Positions 15,163 to 24,902 of a DNA stretch of 24,902 nt are shown here, piece by piece. The notes beneath the pieces are model-generated. The model was not told the origin of the DNA. It ran no database searches and saw only the letters and a list, made by a program, of their open reading frames with translations. Origin of the DNA: Promethearchaeia archaeon (lineage in GTDB: Archaea > Asgardarchaeota > Lokiarchaeia > Sigyniarchaeales > SOKP01); NCBI GenBank assembly GCA_029856105.1, contig JAHQWH010000161.1, forward strand, positions 1 to 24,902. The letters are read 5' to 3'. Each line of letters opens with the position of its first letter. Positions within the stretch are counted from its first letter, which is position 1. The translations under genes were made by a program, and so were the position numbers.

Positions 15163-16848
15163 TTAAACTTCTTCTCCACGCTTTCTGGCTTCGATATCTT
15201 TCAGATCTTTTCTTAAAACTTTACCAACGAGGGTTTCAGGAAGTTCTTTTCGAAATTCTATAAATTTAGGAACTTTATAAACAGCGACAGTTTGTCTTAA
15301 GAATTCCTTTATTTCAGCTTTCATTTCTTCGCTTTCTTTAAATCCATCCTTAAGAACGATAAACGCCTTTACTTTTTCACTACCCGGTATATCCGGATTA
15401 GGAAGCCCAATTACGGCAGCGTTTTCAATAGCTTCGTGTTCAAACAATACATCTTCCAATTCTCTCGGGTAAACTTTAAAACCGCTAACATTTATCATAT
15501 CCTTCTTCCTATCAACTATAAAGAAATAGCCATCTTCGTCCATTATCGCGATATCTCCTGTTAAAAGCCAGTCACCCTTTTTTTGATCAGCAGTTTCTTC
15601 AGGCTTGTTCCAATAACCTTTCATAACTTGAGGTCCTTTTATCATAATTTCCCCCGATTCGCCAAGAGGCATAATTTTGGTATAATCGTCAATATCTACG
15701 ATTTTTAGTTCCGTGTCCGAAATTGGCATTCCAACAGAACCTATCTTCCTTTCTCCTTGAACAGGATTAGTAGTAGCTACCGGTGACGTCTCTGTCAGTC
15801 CGTAACCCTCGAGAATTTTACCTCCCGTCCTCTCTTCAAATTCCTTAAGAACTTCTGGGGGCATCGGTGCTGCTCCAGTATTGCAAATTCTTATAGATTT
15901 AAGGTCTCTTGCATAATCTTCTAAGTCGTCTCGTTCTAACAAACGCATGTACATTGTTGGTACCCCTGGAAACATTCTTGGAGAAGTAGCTTTAATTATT
16001 TCGAATAAAGACTTTTGATCGCGTGGGTCTGGATTTAGTGCAATAGTTGAGCCATTGTAAATCAGAATATTCATGCACACCGTTTGACCGTATATATGGA
16101 ATAGTGGTAAATTAGTAAGCCCCGTATCTTTGCCTCTTTTAACTTCCGCACCTAACCATTTGTGGGTTGCTATGCAATTGGATACAATATTACTATGAGT
16201 TAGCATTGCGCCTTTAGGCAATCCGGTTGTACCACCCGTATATTGTAAACATGCAATAGCTTCTTGACTATTTGTTTCGAATTTTGGGGGATTAGGTTTT
16301 ATGTCATTAATTAAATTAATAAACTGCATCGTTCCAGCGATCTCAGGTGGGTTTCTTGGTGCCATCATTGTATAATCGAGAACATTTGTTATTATAACAT
16401 GTCTCAACCGGGTTCTATCTCTTATTTTATTAATTTTTTCAATCTGATTATCCCAAGCTAATAGGATTTCTGCTCCAGAGTCATTAAGCTGATAAGCCAA
16501 CTCGTGTTCAGTGTGGAGAACGCTACAAGCCGTAACAATCGCACCTGCTTTTAATATACCGTAATAACTGAAAATAAATTGGGGGAAGTTTGGAATCATA
16601 ATTGCTACGACGTCTCCTCTTTTAACTCCTAAATTGACGAGAGCGGTTGCGAGTCCATCAGCAATATCTTTAAACTTTTTATATGTGATCTTGTTTTTCA
16701 TAAACCAAATTGCAGTTCGACCGCCAAAATCCTTAGCAGAGTTATCTAAAAATTCGTAGATATTCATGTTAGGATAATCTATGTGATGGGGTACATTCTG
16801 GTCGTAATGGTCCAACCAAGGTTTTTTAGCATAAGGGTTTTCACTCAT
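15163..16848 (-). CDS. fadD: Long-chain-fatty-acid--CoA ligase (AMP-forming)
   Basis: Motifs LQYTGGTTGLPKGAMLTH, LPLFHIYG, EGYGLTETSP, GPQVMKGYW, TGD, DRKKDMI, GKVLRK. Confidence 0.93.
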   Translation of the reverse strand: MSENPYAKKPWLDHYDQNVPHHIDYPNMNIYEFLDNSAKDFGGRTAIWFMKNKITYKKFKDIADGLATALVNLGVKRGDVVAIMIPNFPQFIFSYYGILKAGAIVTACSVLHTEHELAYQLNDSGAEILLAWDNQIEKINKIRDRTRLRHVIITNVLDYTMMAPRNPPEIAGTMQFINLINDIKPNPPKFETNSQEAIACLQYTGGTTGLPKGAMLTHSNIVSNCIATHKWLGAEVKRGKDTGLTNLPLFHIYGQTVCMNILIYNGSTIALNPDPRDQKSLFEIIKATSPRMFPGVPTMYMRLLERDDLEDYARDLKSIRICNTGAAPMPPEVLKEFEERTGGKILEGYGLTETSPVATTNPVQGERKIGSVGMPISDTELKIVDIDDYTKIMPLGESGEIMIKGPQVMKGYWNKPEETADQKKGDWLLTGDIAIMDEDGYFFIVDRKKDMINVSGFKVYPRELEDVLFEHEAIENAAVIGLPNPDIPGSEKVKAFIVLKDGFKESEEMKAEIKEFLRQTVAVYKVPKFIEFRKELPETLVGKVLRKDLKDIEARKRGEEV

Positions 16849-16945
16849 TTTTCAAACCTTCTATTTTAATTATTTTAATTATATTGATTTTTTGATTTTA
16901 CATCTTTTCATTTTAATTTATTTTTGAAATAAAATGAGTAAGAAT

Positions 16946-18301
16946 TTAAATATTTTCTGTAATGTTATCTATTGCGACATCAGCGGATTCGCAAACATAA
17001 TCGCATTTGTCATGAATGAGGTTTTCTAAAGCTGAAATTACCTCAGGCTTGTTTATTTTAATTTTTCCTAAGGCTTCAGACGCTCTCCATCTAACATCTG
17101 GTTTTTTATCATCTAAAGCTCTTAATAAAGAAGGAATAGCTTTCTCTGAAATAGTTCCAATTTTACCTAACGAAAGAGCAGCTTCTCTCCTTACAATAGT
17201 TTTGCTATCGTTCAAGGCTTCTTCTAAAGCTATTAACGCTTCTTCTGAACCTTTTCCAATTGCGCCTAAATTTCGAGCTGCTTCTACGCGCACGAAAGTT
17301 TTTTCACCTTTTAATGAAGTTATCAAATGAGGAATTGCCTCAATCGCGTCTACTCCAATCCCTCCAATAGCGGAAATTATAACTATTTTCATCTTTTTAT
17401 TAGCATTTTGAAGCGCGTTAGTTAAAGCAGGAACGGCTTCTTTACCTAAGCTCCGTAAAGAATCGGCTGCTTTTCCTCTGACTTCTTCTTTCTTATCTTT
17501 TAGCATTAAGGTTAAATTTTCAATTATTTCTGGACTTCTTATATTTAACTCTCCTAAACATTCGACTGCACATTTTCTAACAACTCTGTTTTTATGGTTT
17601 AAGACACTTAGCAGATGAGAAACAGACGGCTCACCAATTTGAGTAAGTGTATTAACAATATGATACCTAACCCTCCAATCACGGTCATCAAGTGCGCTTA
17701 TTAATGTAGGAATTGCTTTAATTGTACCTCTTCCAATACCACTCATTGCTCGTGCTGAAGCGGTTCTAACAGCCCAACTTGGATCGCTAATACTACGCAT
17801 TAAGTCGGAGATAACCTCGAAAGCTTCAGATCCCAATAAACTTAAGGCGTTAGCTGCTTTAGTGCGCACTTCTTCGTTTTCGTCTTTTAGCGCGTTTTTA
17901 AGAGAATTTAGAGATTCGTTCGTAGCTTTACCAATTTTTCCAAGTGAAGTAACTACGGAAGTTCTAATAGAGACTTCGTTATCAGAAGAACATTTAGACA
18001 ATTTTGGTATTGCGGATTCAGAAAGTTTTCCAATTTTTCCTAAAGATCTAACTGCTTCTCGACGGATACTCCAATCTTCATCATCTAGGTATTCAGTTAT
18101 TTTAAGCACTGCATTTTCGCCAGATTTCTCTCCTATTTCACCTAACACAAATATTGAATTAAACCGGATAGAACGGATTTCACTTTCCATATTTTTTATT
18201 ACTTCACCAATAACGGATGAATCCTTTTCAATTCTTGATAAAACTAAATCAATTCTTGCATCCCTCAACAATTGTTCTAAAGTAGCTGACATTTTTATCA
18301 C
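16946..18301 (-). CDS. HEAT/PBS-lyase repeat protein
   Basis: Many ~31-33-aa repeats of the form AIPxLxxALxDxxxxVRxxAAxALGxIG. Confidence 0.92.
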   Translation of the reverse strand: MIKMSATLEQLLRDARIDLVLSRIEKDSSVIGEVIKNMESEIRSIRFNSIFVLGEIGEKSGENAVLKITEYLDDEDWSIRREAVRSLGKIGKLSESAIPKLSKCSSDNEVSIRTSVVTSLGKIGKATNESLNSLKNALKDENEEVRTKAANALSLLGSEAFEVISDLMRSISDPSWAVRTASARAMSGIGRGTIKAIPTLISALDDRDWRVRYHIVNTLTQIGEPSVSHLLSVLNHKNRVVRKCAVECLGELNIRSPEIIENLTLMLKDKKEEVRGKAADSLRSLGKEAVPALTNALQNANKKMKIVIISAIGGIGVDAIEAIPHLITSLKGEKTFVRVEAARNLGAIGKGSEEALIALEEALNDSKTIVRREAALSLGKIGTISEKAIPSLLRALDDKKPDVRWRASEALGKIKINKPEVISALENLIHDKCDYVCESADVAIDNITENI

Positions 18302-18302
18302 C

Positions 18303-19016
18303 CTATATTCCTAGATAGACTTTTTTAATTCGAGGTTCTTTTTCTAATTGTTCTTTTGTGCCCCTCATTTCTATTTTGCCTTCTTCCAACAGGTGTATGG
18401 TTTCACCAACTTCCATTGCTAATACAGCATCTTGTTCAACTAGTAAGGTTGTAGTCCCCTCTTTTTTAATCTTGTTTACAGTATCAAATATTTTATTCTT
18501 TATTTTAGGAGCTAAACCCAATGAGGGTTCATCTAATAAAAGTAGTTTTGGATTTGCCATAATTGCACGACCGATTGCAAGCATCTGTTGTTCGCCTCCA
18601 CTCAACGTTCCTGCTCTTTGTTTTTTCCTTTCTTTAAGGCGAGGGAAAACTTCAAATACAAAACCTAATAACTCTTGGAATTTTTTTCTATCTTTTAAAG
18701 TATATGCCCCCATTTCCAAGTTTTCCATTACGGTCATATCATAAAATAAGCGCCTACGCTCGGGACAATGAGCTATCCCTTTTTTGGCGATTTTATGAGC
18801 TTTTAAGTCGTCAATTCTTTCTCCCAAAAATTCAATTTTTCCTCTATCTGGTTCTTCTAATCCAGATATTACTCTAAGAAGAGTTGATTTTCCCGCTCCG
18901 TTAGGACCGATAACAGCATCCAGAGCTCCATCTTCTATCGTTAAGTTAATCTCTTCAAGAGCCCTAGCTTTCCCATAATAATGATATATTTTTCTTATTT
19001 CAAGCAAGTTGTTCAC
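18303..19016 (-). CDS. livF: Branched-chain amino acid-type ABC transporter ATP-binding protein
   Basis: Motifs GPNGAGKST, LSGGEQQMLAIGRA, LLLDEPSLGLAP, LVEQ. Confidence 0.95.
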   Translation of the reverse strand: MNNLLEIRKIYHYYGKARALEEINLTIEDGALDAVIGPNGAGKSTLLRVISGLEEPDRGKIEFLGERIDDLKAHKIAKKGIAHCPERRRLFYDMTVMENLEMGAYTLKDRKKFQELLGFVFEVFPRLKERKKQRAGTLSGGEQQMLAIGRAIMANPKLLLLDEPSLGLAPKIKNKIFDTVNKIKKEGTTTLLVEQDAVLAMEVGETIHLLEEGKIEMRGTKEQLEKEPRIKKVYLGI

Positions 19017-19743
19017 TTCCTTTTCCTAAATACGCTTCTAACACAATTTTATTGTTTGCAACCTCTTGAGGAGGCCCTTCGGTAATATACTTACCTTGAT
19101 TCATAGCTATTACTCTAGGCACTAAGTGCATTAATTCTCTTAAAACATGTCCTGTCATAAAAACAGTTACTCCATCGTCATGCAATTTTTTAATTAGTTC
19201 AGTAATTCCTTGTTGTTCCTCATGTGATAACCCACTAAAAGGTTCGTCTAAAAGTAGTAGTTGAGGATTTGTACCTAATGCTTTTCCTATTTGGAGTTTT
19301 CTTAAATCACCGTGGGGTAAAATCACAGGAGGAATTCTTGCTTTGTCAACGAGACCAACTGCAGCTAAAATTGAACTCGCAGATTCGTCTATTCCATATT
19401 GCTTAGCTAATTCTTTACCTCTTGTTGATAAGCATGAAACTTTAATATTGTCTAAAAGAGTCATGAATTTAAATGCTCTAACTATTTGGAATGTCCTTGC
19501 TATTCCTAAATTCACAATTTTAAAGGGTTTCATGTTAGTAATATCTTTACCATTAAATGTAATCTTTCCTGAGCTAGGTTTCTCAAAACCGCTTATTAAA
19601 TTAAAGATAGTAGTTTTTCCAGCGCCATTAGGCCCAATAAGTCCTACAAATTCTCCCCTTTTTATCTCAAAACTAAAGTCATTAACCGCTGTTAACCCAC
19701 TAAATTTTTTAGTTAAATTTTTAACTTCTAATATTACACCCAT
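19000..19743 (-). CDS. livG: Branched-chain amino acid-type ABC transporter ATP-binding protein
   Basis: Motifs GLIGPNGAGKTT, GIARTFQ, LLLLDEP and C-terminal V.EAYLG. Confidence 0.95.
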   Translation of the reverse strand: MGVILEVKNLTKKFSGLTAVNDFSFEIKRGEFVGLIGPNGAGKTTIFNLISGFEKPSSGKITFNGKDITNMKPFKIVNLGIARTFQIVRAFKFMTLLDNIKVSCLSTRGKELAKQYGIDESASSILAAVGLVDKARIPPVILPHGDLRKLQIGKALGTNPQLLLLDEPFSGLSHEEQQGITELIKKLHDDGVTVFMTGHVLRELMHLVPRVIAMNQGKYITEGPPQEVANNKIVLEAYLGKGSEQLA

Positions 19744-19763
19744 AATTCCACACTTTTCTTTTT

Positions 19764-20768
19764 TTACCTCCCAATTAAAACATCCCAGAATTCCTTAAGA
19801 CGTTCTAATGCAGATTTTAATATACCTTCTGAAGCGAACCTTACAATAAGAATTAATACAATAGAGAATATGAACAATGGATCAGCCAAATCTCTAACAA
19901 TTTCACCAAGGAAAACGAAAATAAATGCTCCTAATGCAGCACCAGAGATAGTTGCTATACCTCCTAATGCTGCCATTACAATAGGATAAAATGAATATAG
20001 TGATTGAAATATTAGAGGGTTTACAGCTCTGTTGATCATAACAAATAGTCCTCCAGCAATTCCAGCAAATATACTGCTGATCATAAAAGCAATTATCTTA
20101 TACTTGACAGTATTAATTCCTGATGCATCCGAACCTGTTTCATCATCACGAATAGATCTGAAAATTATACCAATATTTATCTTTGTTAACTTTATCATTA
20201 CTATAAAAGAGATTATCATAAAGATTAAAATTACATAATACACTTCAATTGCATTTGTAGATAATGGTGGAATACCAGAAATCCCTTCATCACCCCATAA
20301 AAGAGGTTTAAGTTCATATAATGCAAATAATTTTTGTAAAATTATCGCTATTACCATAGTACCTAAAGCTAAATATGGACCCTTTAATCTTAATGTTATT
20401 AAACCAATAATCAATCCCACAAGGGCTGCAAACAAACTTCCAAATATTAATGCCCCCCACCAAGGATAATGAATGAATTTTAATGAAGCTGCTGTTATAT
20501 AACCTGATAATCCAAAAAAAATCGCTTGACCAAAACTAACTTTACCTACAAATCCGGCAAGAAAGTCCCAACTCGCAGCGTAGATTGAATAAATCATAGC
20601 GAGAATAAATATACCGAGAAAATAAGGACTTGTTGTAACTAATGGCATTAAAAAAAGCCCGATTAAACATAAAACTGTTAGTCCTCCTTTAAAAGTTTTT
20701 GCCCAATCCTTTAAATATTTTGGGAATTCCTTTATTTCGTTGCTTATTCTTTCAATTTGTTTTGTCAT
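19764..20768 (-). CDS. livM: Branched-chain amino acid-type ABC transporter permease
   Basis: Motifs G..SFGQAIFFGLSGY, LRLKGPYLALGT, SIRDDE......GIN...YK...F.ISS..AGIAGGL. Confidence 0.93.
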   Translation of the reverse strand: MTKQIERISNEIKEFPKYLKDWAKTFKGGLTVLCLIGLFLMPLVTTSPYFLGIFILAMIYSIYAASWDFLAGFVGKVSFGQAIFFGLSGYITAASLKFIHYPWWGALIFGSLFAALVGLIIGLITLRLKGPYLALGTMVIAIILQKLFALYELKPLLWGDEGISGIPPLSTNAIEVYYVILIFMIISFIVMIKLTKINIGIIFRSIRDDETGSDASGINTVKYKIIAFMISSIFAGIAGGLFVMINRAVNPLIFQSLYSFYPIVMAALGGIATISGAALGAFIFVFLGEIVRDLADPLFIFSIVLILIVRFASEGILKSALERLKEFWDVLIGR

Positions 20769-20784
20769 GTAAAAATCACTAGAT

Positions 20785-21648
20785 TTATTTTATTTCTTTT
20801 TTACCAAAAAGACCTCTGGGTCTAATAACTAATATAATTATGATTACTACTACAGGTAGAATTGTAGAAATAGTTTCTGAGATGAAAAAATTTGTAAACA
20901 TCCTAACATAACCTAATATAAAAGCACCAACTAAACTTCCTGAGAGACTATCCATCCCTCCAAGAATTACTATCGCAATTGAATCAATTAATACGACCCA
21001 ACCCATATAAGGGGCTACTCTATCAATTGGAGCATAAAATACGGCTGCAAGGCCTGCAAGAAATGCTGAGATTGTTACTGTATACATTAAAATTCTATCA
21101 ACATTTATTCCCATTAAAGATGCTGCTTCTCTGTCTTGAGATACTGCGCGTATAGATTTACCAAGTTTACTTTTGTTAATAAAAAGAGTGATTGATCCTA
21201 CAGCTAGTAATGCAGCAATTATTAATATTATACGATGAAGTAATATTGAAACTCCCAAGAATTCAATATTAATATTCCAAATTGATCCGATAACTTTCGA
21301 TCGTGGATCGAAAAGGAAAGAAACGAGTTGCTCACAAAAAAAAGCTAAAGCAAAAGTTCCTATTAAAACACTTATTTCATGATCTTGTAAAGGCTTAATA
21401 ATTAATAAGTAAGATGCCATCCCTATTATGCTTACAATAATTAAGGTTAAAATCATTCCTAGAATGAAACCAAATTCACCAACAAAAAAGGGTAGAATCC
21501 AATAGAAAATATAAGTTGCAAGTAAGTAATAAGCTCCATGGGCTAAATTCAAAATACGTCCTACTCCATAAACCAAGGAATAACCCATCGCAAGTAATGC
21601 ATAAACCGCACTCTGTACAGCACCAAAAACGAGAAACTCTTCAAACAT
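20785..21648 (-). CDS. livH: Branched-chain amino acid-type ABC transporter permease
   Basis: Motifs YALLAMGYSLVYGV..ILNLAHG, LGKSIRAVSQDREAASLMGIN, LVIRPRGLFG. Confidence 0.95.
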   Translation of the reverse strand: MFEEFLVFGAVQSAVYALLAMGYSLVYGVGRILNLAHGAYYLLATYIFYWILPFFVGEFGFILGMILTLIIVSIIGMASYLLIIKPLQDHEISVLIGTFALAFFCEQLVSFLFDPRSKVIGSIWNINIEFLGVSILLHRIILIIAALLAVGSITLFINKSKLGKSIRAVSQDREAASLMGINVDRILMYTVTISAFLAGLAAVFYAPIDRVAPYMGWVVLIDSIAIVILGGMDSLSGSLVGAFILGYVRMFTNFFISETISTILPVVVIIIILVIRPRGLFGKKEIK

Positions 21649-21864
21649 GATTAAAAACCTAATTAATTTTATATTTTAGTAATTTTTGTTTCTTCAAGAA
21701 TAAATCGTATAATAAGTTTTTGGTCTTATTATTTATAAAAATTTCTCTTGAAAGTCTTAATTAACCATAAATAGCTTTCTTCGAAAATATAAATCTTTAA
21801 ATAGATGTTAATCTGAATATGATAATGTAAAACAAAAATTTAAAAAAAAATAAGTGATTAAGAA

Positions 21865-23292
21865 ATGGAACCATTAACCAAAAGAATATTAGCAATAGTA
21901 CTAATCGCGGTAATTGGCATAAGCGTTGGAGTTACTGTATGGCTTTTTGTTGCCCCTTATAAATGGGAATCCAAAGATTGCCCTGGGGCTCCTACAGGTC
22001 TGACTGAAGATCAGATTATTAGAATCGGTGTTATAGGTGATACTGAACGTATTCATGGAGAAGGCCAACTATGGGGGGCTGAATTAGCAGTATACGAACT
22101 AAATCAAGCGGGAGGAATCACTATCGGTGGAAAAACGTATTATTATGGTCTTACAAGTGAAAATACTGATGAGGCAAATCCATTATTAGATATAACTAAA
22201 GGCGTCGCAGCAGCTCAAAGAATTATAAGCTATAAAAATATTCAACTTGCTATAGGTGGATTTAGAACAGAAGCTTTACTAGCATATCGAGATTTATTTA
22301 TGGAGGCAAATATTCCTTTCATGAATACTGGGGCTGCTACAACCACATTCTGCCAAAGTGTTTTGGATGATTATGATACCTATAAATACTTCTTCCAAAA
22401 TAACCCAATTAATTCAACTGCTTTAGCTATGGAGTTGATAGCCTTAATCGTTACTACTTCAGCAGTTTTAACTTTAGGAAGTGGAGGTGCGTTAAATATA
22501 CGAAATTTTGCTATTGTTAGAGAAAATCTTGCATGGACGGCAGGATTTGCGGGATTAATGATAGGTGCTTTAACTAGTAATTCAATTTTCAACTTGACAT
22601 TTACGGGTGTAAATATTGCTATACCTCAAGATGTGGGTAGTACTGAAATGGCGTCCCATTGGTCCAAAATCAATGGTAACCGTACCCAAATAGTCATTCC
22701 AATAATATCTGGTGAAGCTGGTTTAACTTTTACTACTTCTTATGCTACTGCTAAACCAAACTGTAGTATATATGGAATTAATGTAATGTCTCAAGATGCT
22801 GCTTACTGGGACCTTACAAATGGAGCATGTGAGTATGGAACTACCTTGGAATCATTGTTTTTAACTAATAAAACAACGAAAACTATTGATACATGGAATG
22901 CTTACGAGTTAAGATTTGGAACAACACCGATATATACTGCTGCTGGAAGCTATGATGCTGTATATCAATTTCATTATGCCATTAACAGTACAGGATCACT
23001 TTCTTCTGCTTCTATAGTTACAGGTTTAGAGAGCCTCACTACAGCTAATACACTAGAGGGTGCTTCAGGTTATGTCGCTTTCGATAGCTCACACTGCACA
23101 GTTGAAGGATGGCCATATGGAGTTGCATTAGCACTTCAATGGATAAATGGCACTAAGAGATTAGTACCTGGAGTAGGCGTCTATCCTAGCGATCCGTGGA
23201 GTACTGCTGCTGGGGGGCCGCCTTTTGGCACTTTAGCAAATATGGAACCCTTTAGACTGCCATGGTGGGGTATTTTCCCAACACCTACATAA
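21865..23292 (+). CDS. Membrane-anchored ABC substrate-binding protein (LivK/LivJ-like), divergent from livHMGF
   Basis: N-terminal TM anchor, IRIGVIG, GAELAV.E.N..GGI, IGGFRTE, YDAV and GASGYVAFD motifs; adjacent to the liv operon. Confidence 0.88.
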   Translation: MEPLTKRILAIVLIAVIGISVGVTVWLFVAPYKWESKDCPGAPTGLTEDQIIRIGVIGDTERIHGEGQLWGAELAVYELNQAGGITIGGKTYYYGLTSENTDEANPLLDITKGVAAAQRIISYKNIQLAIGGFRTEALLAYRDLFMEANIPFMNTGAATTTFCQSVLDDYDTYKYFFQNNPINSTALAMELIALIVTTSAVLTLGSGGALNIRNFAIVRENLAWTAGFAGLMIGALTSNSIFNLTFTGVNIAIPQDVGSTEMASHWSKINGNRTQIVIPIISGEAGLTFTTSYATAKPNCSIYGINVMSQDAAYWDLTNGACEYGTTLESLFLTNKTTKTIDTWNAYELRFGTTPIYTAAGSYDAVYQFHYAINSTGSLSSASIVTGLESLTTANTLEGASGYVAFDSSHCTVEGWPYGVALALQWINGTKRLVPGVGVYPSDPWSTAAGGPPFGTLANMEPFRLPWWGIFPTPT

Positions 23293-23299
23293 AAATTAA

Positions 23300-23312
23300 T
23301 TTTTTTTTTTTT
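23300..23312 (+). terminator. Oligo-T terminator candidate after the substrate-binding protein gene
   Basis: A long T run begins 8 bp after the stop codon. Confidence 0.6.
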
Positions 23313-23418
23313 ATTATATTATTTTTATTCTTTTTCTTAGAATTTTATATAGAATTAAATAGGAAGCAAATCCTATAGTCTATTTTTCATGATAATAAAA
23401 ATGTTGATAATTATTTAG

Positions 23419-24402
23419 CTAAGATGTAAGTTTCATTCTATATAACTGGCTGTTAGATTTTACTCTATTATTGAAACCTTCGACCTCGTTAACTAATTTA
23501 TTTTTAACCAAATCAAATACAATTTCAAGAGAGTACATATGACCTGACATAAAACTTTCAGCTAAAAATAATATTATTATGATGTTTTTTTCATCTTTCT
23601 TGATAACTGGTATAATAAATTCCCATTTAGAAAAAAAAGAATATTTCTTACTTAGCAAAACTGCTTGTTCAAACAATTTCATTTCATTGGAAAACAGTTT
23701 TATTTCAGATTCTATTAATTTAGAATTCTTCGAACGAAATTGGAATTTTTTAACTAGTTTAAATGATATAATTTCCTCTAATTTCTTATTTTCGTAAACT
23801 AAATAAGTGAACGGAAAAATTCCTGGAATGTAATACATATTTTTAGGTAATCTAAATTGGACCCATATTTTAGTTAAAATTCGATAAGTAAAATACACGA
23901 CATAAAAACCTAAAAAATAATTTACTAAGTTTGAAAAATATAACTCTGGCCAGAGGAAGAAAATTATAAAGTAAAATAATATAATACTTCCAGATATAGT
24001 TGCTAAGAAAATATTTATTGCCCTATCGATAAAAAATCGATATTTTTTTTTTGAAAGTGGGTAAAATAGCGGAATTTTGGAAGCTGTAAGAAAATCGAGT
24101 AAATTGTGCATACTATAAAATAAAAATCCGATTAACCATGCTAGAAAGAACGGCTCTCCTGTAATTGTTGAAAATATACTTCCTGTAATCGCGGTAATAA
24201 TTGCCGCGTAGAAAAAAGAATGGGAAATCCCTTTATGTGCTAAAAGATTTGATTTTTTTATTAATTGTAATGGTTCTAAAATGATGTCGAAGTCAGCTAA
24301 AACAGACATCACACCAGCATATAAGACAATGCTAAAACTCAATTTATTCAGAGTGAAAATGCTAACTAATATTCCAATTAAAAAATGAGAGAAGAAATCC
24401 AT
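23419..24402 (-). CDS. Membrane-bound metal-dependent hydrolase (YdjM-like)
   Basis: MDFFSH, LADFD, HKGISHS, SMHNLLD, LFYPLS motifs with TM helices. Confidence 0.85.
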   Translation of the reverse strand: MDFFSHFLIGILVSIFTLNKLSFSIVLYAGVMSVLADFDIILEPLQLIKKSNLLAHKGISHSFFYAAIITAITGSIFSTITGEPFFLAWLIGFLFYSMHNLLDFLTASKIPLFYPLSKKKYRFFIDRAINIFLATISGSIILFYFIIFFLWPELYFSNLVNYFLGFYVVYFTYRILTKIWVQFRLPKNMYYIPGIFPFTYLVYENKKLEEIISFKLVKKFQFRSKNSKLIESEIKLFSNEMKLFEQAVLLSKKYSFFSKWEFIIPVIKKDEKNIIIILFLAESFMSGHMYSLEIVFDLVKNKLVNEVEGFNNRVKSNSQLYRMKLTS

Positions 24403-24459
24403 TTAATATCGAGTTATTAAATTAAGATCAGTTTTTTAAATTTCATATTTTAATAATTA

Positions 24460-24891
24460 TTAATTTACATTTCCTCTTTCTTTTAACCATGATTTAACGT
24501 GTTCATGCATTTTATCTCTAATTTCTCTGAATTTGATAAGTTTTTCTTTCTCTGTACCCTTAAACGAGGCCGGGTCTTCAAAAGGCCAATATATTTTAAT
24601 TTCCACACCGGGAATGATAGGGCACATTTCTTCCGCTTTTTGACAGACTGTGATTACAATTTTAAAATGTATTTTATCTAAATATTGATTTAACGATTTT
24701 GAGTAATGGCTACTCATATCATAGCCAATTTCCTCCATAACTTTAATTGTGTAAGGATTAACTCCTTTAGGGACGAATCCCGCACTATAGATGTCAAAAC
24801 GCTTGCTTGCATATCTCCTTAAAAAAGCTTCTGCCATTTGACTGCGCGCTGAATTTCCGGTACAAAGAACAATTAATTTAGTTTTATTCAA
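24460..24891 (-). CDS. arsC: Arsenate reductase / LMW-PTP family protein
   Basis: CTGNSARSQMAEA P-loop, ITVC...CP resolving cysteines, WPFEDP, FREIRD. Confidence 0.88.
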   Translation of the reverse strand: MNKTKLIVLCTGNSARSQMAEAFLRRYASKRFDIYSAGFVPKGVNPYTIKVMEEIGYDMSSHYSKSLNQYLDKIHFKIVITVCQKAEEMCPIIPGVEIKIYWPFEDPASFKGTEKEKLIKFREIRDKMHEHVKSWLKERGNVN

Positions 24892-24902
24892 ACTTAAACC
24901 AT

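Noticed and set aside
1149-24681. Short ORFs in the track that overlap longer genes on the opposite strand (for example 1149-1358, 2555-2767, 4362-4565, 5304-5564, 6036-6422, 8550-8744, 9036-9248, 12391-12693, 17016-17330, 17862-18314, 19343-19798, 22380-22592)
   Set aside because: They are antisense shadows of well-supported genes, with Ser/Phe/Ile-rich composition and no motifs.
1-24902. Eukaryotic origin or contamination suggested by the actin, LRR and HEAT genes
   Set aside because: The genes are dense, intron-free and operonic with RBSs, and sit beside prokaryotic Liv ABC, ArsC, UvrA and a TrmB-type domain, which fits an Asgard archaeon.

Overview
AT-rich archaeal DNA, very probably from an Asgard archaeon of the Lokiarchaeia type. 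The basis is a eukaryote-like actin, a profilin-like domain, LRR and HEAT proteins, GGTG-type RBSs and oligo-T terminators. The window has four parts. (1) 1-7.7 kb is a decaying accessory region: an SplB-like radical SAM gene (partial), a 2-TM protein, an ICMT-family gene with an internal TGA, a prenyltransferase-fold protein, DUF3795, a 673-aa repeat membrane protein, an LRR gene with an internal TAG, 3'-end remnants of uvrA (twice) and ligA (BRCT), and a structured inverted-repeat element. (2) 7.9-10.3 kb is the highlight: an actin gene followed directly by a gene fusing an Asgard-type profilin domain to a TrmB-type winged-helix DNA-binding domain, a candidate actin-sensing transcription regulator. 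(3) 10.35-14.65 kb is an integrase-less cassette encoding a wHTH/Zn-ribbon/double-HNH protein, apparently inserted into an HD-hydrolase gene whose 3' end is duplicated. (4) 14.5-24.9 kb holds ordinary genes: HD hydrolase, acyl-CoA ligase, HEAT-repeat protein, Liv-type ABC transporter, YdjM-like hydrolase and ArsC. All family assignments come from motif recognition by eye; no database search was run.
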